From positions 640,001-704,000 of the forward strand of contig CAVSBL010000002.1 of the NCBI GenBank assembly GCA_963726255.1: DNA of 64,000 nt, given 5' to 3'. The stretch comes from Candidatus Bathyarchaeota archaeon (GTDB lineage Archaea; Thermoproteota; Bathyarchaeia; 40CM-2-53-6). Below the pieces are notes generated by a model that saw nothing but the letters and a program-made list of their open reading frames with translations, made no database searches and was not told the origin of the DNA. Made by a program: the position numbers and the translations under genes. Below are positions 59,951-64,000 of this stretch, in pieces (position 1 is the first letter of the stretch; each line of letters begins with the position of its first letter).

Positions 59951-60856
59951 CTACATCTTCATTGTTTCTTCGAGTTCGCTGATTAGATCGACGTCGCCCA
60001 CGTATGTTGGGACACGCTCGTCGATGCGCGTTGGTTCAACGTCAAGGATAGATGCTCTTCCAGTGCTTCCTCTTCCGCCGGCCCTTTCAGTTATGAACGC
60101 GATTGGGTTCGATTCAAACTGCAGCCTAAGCTTCCCATTAGGTGCGTCAACGAGTTCAGGGTAACCAAAAACCCCTCCGTAGTAGAGCACCTGATTGAAA
60201 TCGCCAACGAACGACCCACCGTAACGGAGTTTCAGTCCTCTCCTTTCGAGCGATTGGACGAAGCCCTGAACCTTGGGAGTCCACTTTTGCTTCAGTCCCC
60301 CGAATCCGTACACGGACCCCTTTTCCGGAAGCATGTGGGGTTTCCCGTTGCACAAGTATCGCTTCGATCCGGCTGCTCGACCGGAAGGCACGAAGATGTA
60401 GACTCCGTCTTTGAGTGCGACCACAGCTTCGGTATATGGTCCATACAGGAAGTACAGCGCCGCAATTTGGCACCTACCTTTCGCTGGAAGACTCGTCTCG
60501 CGGTAAATGCCTACTATTGTTCCCATCAGATTGTTGCTTGTAATGTTTGAGGAACCGTCCAGCGGATCCAGCGTTACAGAGTACTCGCCTTCTTTCAGGC
60601 CAAGTGGCTGGGCGATTTCCTCCGATGCGACTTGCCGCACAAGGCCACTTTTTACTAGTTTCTTCGTGAGTAAGTCGTTAGCCCATACGTCAATTTCTGC
60701 TTGCTTCTCGCCGTACACATTGTATTGATCGGTCCCGCCTAAGCTCTTTGGAATTTCTGTTGCTATGCGGAGGCTAATTTCAGCGAGGAGGAGGATGAGT
60801 TTGCGAAGACTCCGGTCCTCGTTCCGCAACACCTCGACCATGCTAGTTTGGGACAT
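59951..60856 (-). CDS. fbp: Fructose-1,6-bisphosphatase class I
   Basis: NVYGEKQ..D, ASEE, DPLDGSSN, RYGGS.V.D, KLRL.FE. Confidence 0.93.
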   Translation of the reverse strand: MSQTSMVEVLRNEDRSLRKLILLLAEISLRIATEIPKSLGGTDQYNVYGEKQAEIDVWANDLLTKKLVKSGLVRQVASEEIAQPLGLKEGEYSVTLDPLDGSSNITSNNLMGTIVGIYRETSLPAKGRCQIAALYFLYGPYTEAVVALKDGVYIFVPSGRAAGSKRYLCNGKPHMLPEKGSVYGFGGLKQKWTPKVQGFVQSLERRGLKLRYGGSFVGDFNQVLYYGGVFGYPELVDAPNGKLRLQFESNPIAFITERAGGRGSTGRASILDVEPTRIDERVPTYVGDVDLISELEETMKM

Positions 60857-60863
60857 TAGCTAG

Positions 60864-61649
60864 CTACCGGGCAAATTTCCCAAGTGCAGTCTCTACGCTT
60901 TGGCCGTTTAGTATAATTTCTCTGAGGGCTGCGGCCATCTCTAGAGGTCGCTCGTGTTGCCAGACGTTCCTCCCTACCGCAAGACCGGTAGCGCCCGCAT
61001 CCATTACGCCCTTTACTTGTGTCAAGAATGCTTCGTCCGTCGGTGCTTTTGGCCCGCCGGACATGAAGACCTTCACAGTACCAGCAGACCTCACCGCCCA
61101 TCTGAAGGTGTTGGAATCGCCCGTGTACTTGATTTTCACTGCGTCTGCTCCGACTTCGAGGCCGGCTCTCGCCGCGTATGCGATTATTTCGGGCGCTGTA
61201 TCGTTGGTTATGGTTTCGCCCCGCGGATAGATCCAAGCTATTGCTGCGAGGCCAAGTTCGTGTGCTTCTTGTTGAATTCTGCCAAATTCGCTCAGCATAA
61301 GATTCTCGTGTGTGCTACCTAGATAGATCGTGTATCCTACGGCCCTGGCGCCGAGGGCTTTTGCCTGTTTCACGCTGCAAATTTGACTTGCGATCGGCTC
61401 TCCCTTTGGCAAACTGGTCTTACCGTTGACTTTTACGATGAGAGGAACGGTGCCTTTGTAGTATTTTTCAGCAACCCCTTTCTGGAAGATTACGCCTGTG
61501 AATTTGCCCTTCCTGGCGATCTCGAGAATGTAATCCGGGTCTACGCTCTTTTCGTTGAAATCCTTGGACGGTCCGTGCTCTAACCCCTGATCGTAGGCGA
61601 GTAGGATCCCTTTACCCCTTCGTAAGAACGGTGCCATCGTGGGCTTCAT
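60864..61649 (-). CDS. Class I (DhnA-type) fructose-bisphosphate aldolase
   Basis: AYDQGLEHGP, WIYPRG, GADAVKIKYTG, GGPK, GRNVWQ. Confidence 0.93.
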   Translation of the reverse strand: MKPTMAPFLRRGKGILLAYDQGLEHGPSKDFNEKSVDPDYILEIARKGKFTGVIFQKGVAEKYYKGTVPLIVKVNGKTSLPKGEPIASQICSVKQAKALGARAVGYTIYLGSTHENLMLSEFGRIQQEAHELGLAAIAWIYPRGETITNDTAPEIIAYAARAGLEVGADAVKIKYTGDSNTFRWAVRSAGTVKVFMSGGPKAPTDEAFLTQVKGVMDAGATGLAVGRNVWQHERPLEMAAALREIILNGQSVETALGKFAR

Positions 61650-61785
61650 TAAGAACCACGGGATTGAATCCTTGGCTATTGAATAAAAAGGTCCCTTTAG
61701 GTTTCCTATAGCAGAGTTTTCGATTCGTCAACGCATTATTCTGACCAAATGGTGAGGATTTCATGCCGAAAACAAGTGCTCGGCA

Positions 61786-62220
61786 TCACGTGCTAAGTCC
61801 TGCGTGCTCGATCTTCATGCATCGATCCATAACCACGTCTAGGCCTTCCCGTTTCGCTTTAACGGCTGCCTCCTCGTTTACGATCCCCAACTGCATCCAG
61901 ACAACCTTAGGGTTACCAATCTCTTTGTGAAGTTGAATGGCTTCGTCCACGATTGGAGGCACATCCTCCGCACGCCGGAAAATGTCGACGACGTCAATCT
62001 CACGTTTCAATTCTTCGGGAAGGTCAAGTAGCGATTTGTAGGATCTCTCGCCAAGAACTTCAGTGACCGTGGGATTGATCGGGACGATCCTATAGCCATG
62101 GGACTTGAGGTACCGGGCAACATCGTTACTCGGCCTTGAGGGGTCTTTCGATAGCCCCACCACGGCGATTGTCTTGAAGCCCAGTGCCTTCGAAATCAGA
62201 TTATCGATTTCCGATGACAT
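61786..62220 (-). CDS. CoA-binding protein (YccU-like)
   Basis: IAVVGLS..P.RPS, PINP, DVVDIFR, WMQLG, DRC. Confidence 0.93.
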   Translation of the reverse strand: MSSEIDNLISKALGFKTIAVVGLSKDPSRPSNDVARYLKSHGYRIVPINPTVTEVLGERSYKSLLDLPEELKREIDVVDIFRRAEDVPPIVDEAIQLHKEIGNPKVVWMQLGIVNEEAAVKAKREGLDVVMDRCMKIEHAGLST

Positions 62221-62321
62221 AGGAGTCAGCTCCCCTTGCGAACTTGGGGTTGATTAATTCATCCTTGAAATCTATGGAAAGCTCATATTAGTGAACTCGT
62301 CGAAGCCCCCTTTGATTCCGT

Positions 62322-63260
62322 ATGCCAATCAAAGTCTTAGTTTGTGACCCCATCCACCAAGACGGCATAGCCTTGCTGAGAAAAGCCGGGTTCGAGGTGA
62401 AGGAAAACCCCAGCCTGACGCCCGACCAATTAGAGAAGACGATTACCGAATTTGATGCCATAATTGTAAGGGGCCGAACCAAAATCACGAGTTCCGTATT
62501 GAACGCCGGAACAAAACTGAAGGCGGTGGCACGCTCCGGCGTCGGACTGGACAACATCGACCTGGAGACTGCGAAAAAGAAGTCGATTAAAGTCATTTCA
62601 ACCCCGGCAGCGCCAACAACAAGCGTCGCCGAGCTAGCAGTTGGCCTAATGCTCGCCGTTCTACGGAAGATATCATTTGCTGACAGGGCGATGAAGGAGG
62701 GACGGTGGGCTAAAGCAGAACTAATGGGATCAGAGTTGAAGTCGAAAACCGTCGGCGTTGTGGGAGCCGCAGGACGCATAGGCCTCGAAGTCGCCCGGAT
62801 TACAGTTCAAGGGTTCGGGGCGAAAGCAATTGGCTACGATGTGATCGACTTTGCGGAGAAGGCACGGCAAATTGGATTTCGAGCGGTCAGTCAACTTCCT
62901 GAACTCCTCTCGGAATCCGACATCATCTCCATACACGTTCCATACCTACCGGCAACTCATCACCTGATAGACCAAAAGGCAATCAGCAGCATCAAGAAAG
63001 GAGCGATCTTGGTCAACACTTCTCGAGGGGACATAGTTGATGGCCAGTCTCTATTGGCAGCGCTCAAATCAGGCAGCCTTTCGGGGGCTGGGTTAGATGT
63101 CTTCCACAAGGAGCCGCCCGTTGACGTTTGGGAGAGAGAACTCGTCAGCTTGCCAAACGTAGTATGCACCTCGCACGTCGGTGCCCAGACCATGGAAACG
63201 CAACGATTGGAGAGCACAATTGTCGCTGAAGAATTGATACGTGCACTCACCAGCAAATAG
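62322..63260 (+). CDS. D-2-hydroxyacid dehydrogenase (SerA-like, no ACT domain)
   Basis: RSGVGLDNID, SVAEL, NTSRG, LDVF..EP, HVGAQT. Confidence 0.92.
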   Translation: MPIKVLVCDPIHQDGIALLRKAGFEVKENPSLTPDQLEKTITEFDAIIVRGRTKITSSVLNAGTKLKAVARSGVGLDNIDLETAKKKSIKVISTPAAPTTSVAELAVGLMLAVLRKISFADRAMKEGRWAKAELMGSELKSKTVGVVGAAGRIGLEVARITVQGFGAKAIGYDVIDFAEKARQIGFRAVSQLPELLSESDIISIHVPYLPATHHLIDQKAISSIKKGAILVNTSRGDIVDGQSLLAALKSGSLSGAGLDVFHKEPPVDVWERELVSLPNVVCTSHVGAQTMETQRLESTIVAEELIRALTSK

Positions 63261-63275
63261 CTGAAGGGACTAAGA

Positions 63276-63599
63276 ATGAGCGTATCGTTCAAAGACTTCG
63301 AAAAACTAGAGTTCAAAGTTGGCAAGATTACAGCCGCAGAAAAGATCACGGGAATGAAAAAGTTACTCAAAGTGCAAGTGGATTTGGGCGATAGGACCGC
63401 GCAGGCCATCGCAGGTGGCGCAGAATTCTATGAACCCATCAGCTTCCTCGGCAAGCGAGTCATCGTACTAACCAACATGGAAACAAAGACGATCGCCGGC
63501 GTCAAGTCCGAAGTCATGCTACTAGCAGCAGACTTGCAAGGAAAGCCAATCTGGGCTACAGTCGAAGCGGACGTCCCAGCGGGTACAAAAGTTCGCTGA
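63276..63599 (+). CDS. tRNA-binding OB-fold protein (MetRS beta/Trbp111-like)
   Basis: DFEKLEFKVGKI, KLLKVQVDLG, G.KSE.MLL. Confidence 0.9.
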   Translation: MSVSFKDFEKLEFKVGKITAAEKITGMKKLLKVQVDLGDRTAQAIAGGAEFYEPISFLGKRVIVLTNMETKTIAGVKSEVMLLAADLQGKPIWATVEADVPAGTKVR

Positions 63600-63774
63600 A
63601 CATTATGACTAGTCACGGCGCCACATTTGTCGGTGGCGGCAAAACCCGTGTCGCCCGGTTTTTCCTGCTTTCTGGAAAGCGTTCCGAGAAAGTATGCGAA
63701 AGCCTGGGTGCAGGGTGACACCCAAATCAGCAAATTGTCAGAATGACAAGGTGAGTGGCGAAGCGGGTCTCCTC

Positions 63775-63999
63775 TCATATGTTCTGGATGAAGCGGCTAA
63801 ACGATTTTGTCCGTCGCATGTACAGGAGGCTGAAGATTAATGAGTCAACGACGATCCCAACCAATGTCCAAATGTCCATGATTGTGCGTGTCGTAAGAAA
63901 TCGGAGCAAGGATACCACAGCGTAGACGATCACTCCTATAGCGAGAGCACCAAGGGAAATTGAACGAATATGGAACTTGTTCACGAACCTGACGGCCAC
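63775..63999 (-). CDS. Membrane protein, C-terminal part (window edge)
   Basis: Two hydrophobic segments. Confidence 0.55.
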   Translation of the reverse strand: MAVRFVNKFHIRSISLGALAIGVIVYAVVSLLRFLTTRTIMDIWTLVGIVVDSLIFSLLYMRRTKSFSRFIQNI

Positions 64000-64000
64000 G

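Noticed and set aside
63600-63775. Possible ncRNA or ORF between convergent genes
   Set aside because: No recognisable RNA family or convincing reading frame

Overview
Archaeal chromosomal segment, most consistent with a TACK-lineage genome (probably Bathyarchaeia-like; inferred from S26e, Alba, CdvABC, archaeal ThrRS/ProRS, BHB tRNA introns and frequent TTG/GTG/CTG starts). Layout: an accessory edge (1-3.1 kb: PIN and AbrB genes, a tnpB/IS605 3' remnant, a degenerate matrixin); a core block (thrS, proS, OFOR, a six-gene cdv/ESCRT-III cluster with an embedded Lrp regulator, alba, argS, tRNA-Arg, a tRNA-Cys with three insertions, thiI/moeB); a copper/redox island (31.1-38.7 kb); a Rieske-cytochrome b-CuA-haem O synthase operon; a membrane-arm-only complex I operon with two NuoM genes and a NuoL lateral helix about 26 aa longer than usual, split by an opposite-strand A/V-ATPase H-E-C-K block; and a gluconeogenic fba-fbp-tpi cluster. 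A 42-bp palindrome plus direct-repeat element occurs three times at apparent accessory/core junctions. Two single-base homopolymer frameshifts (proS, OFOR beta) are probably sequencing errors. All calls come from motif recognition by eye; no searches were run.
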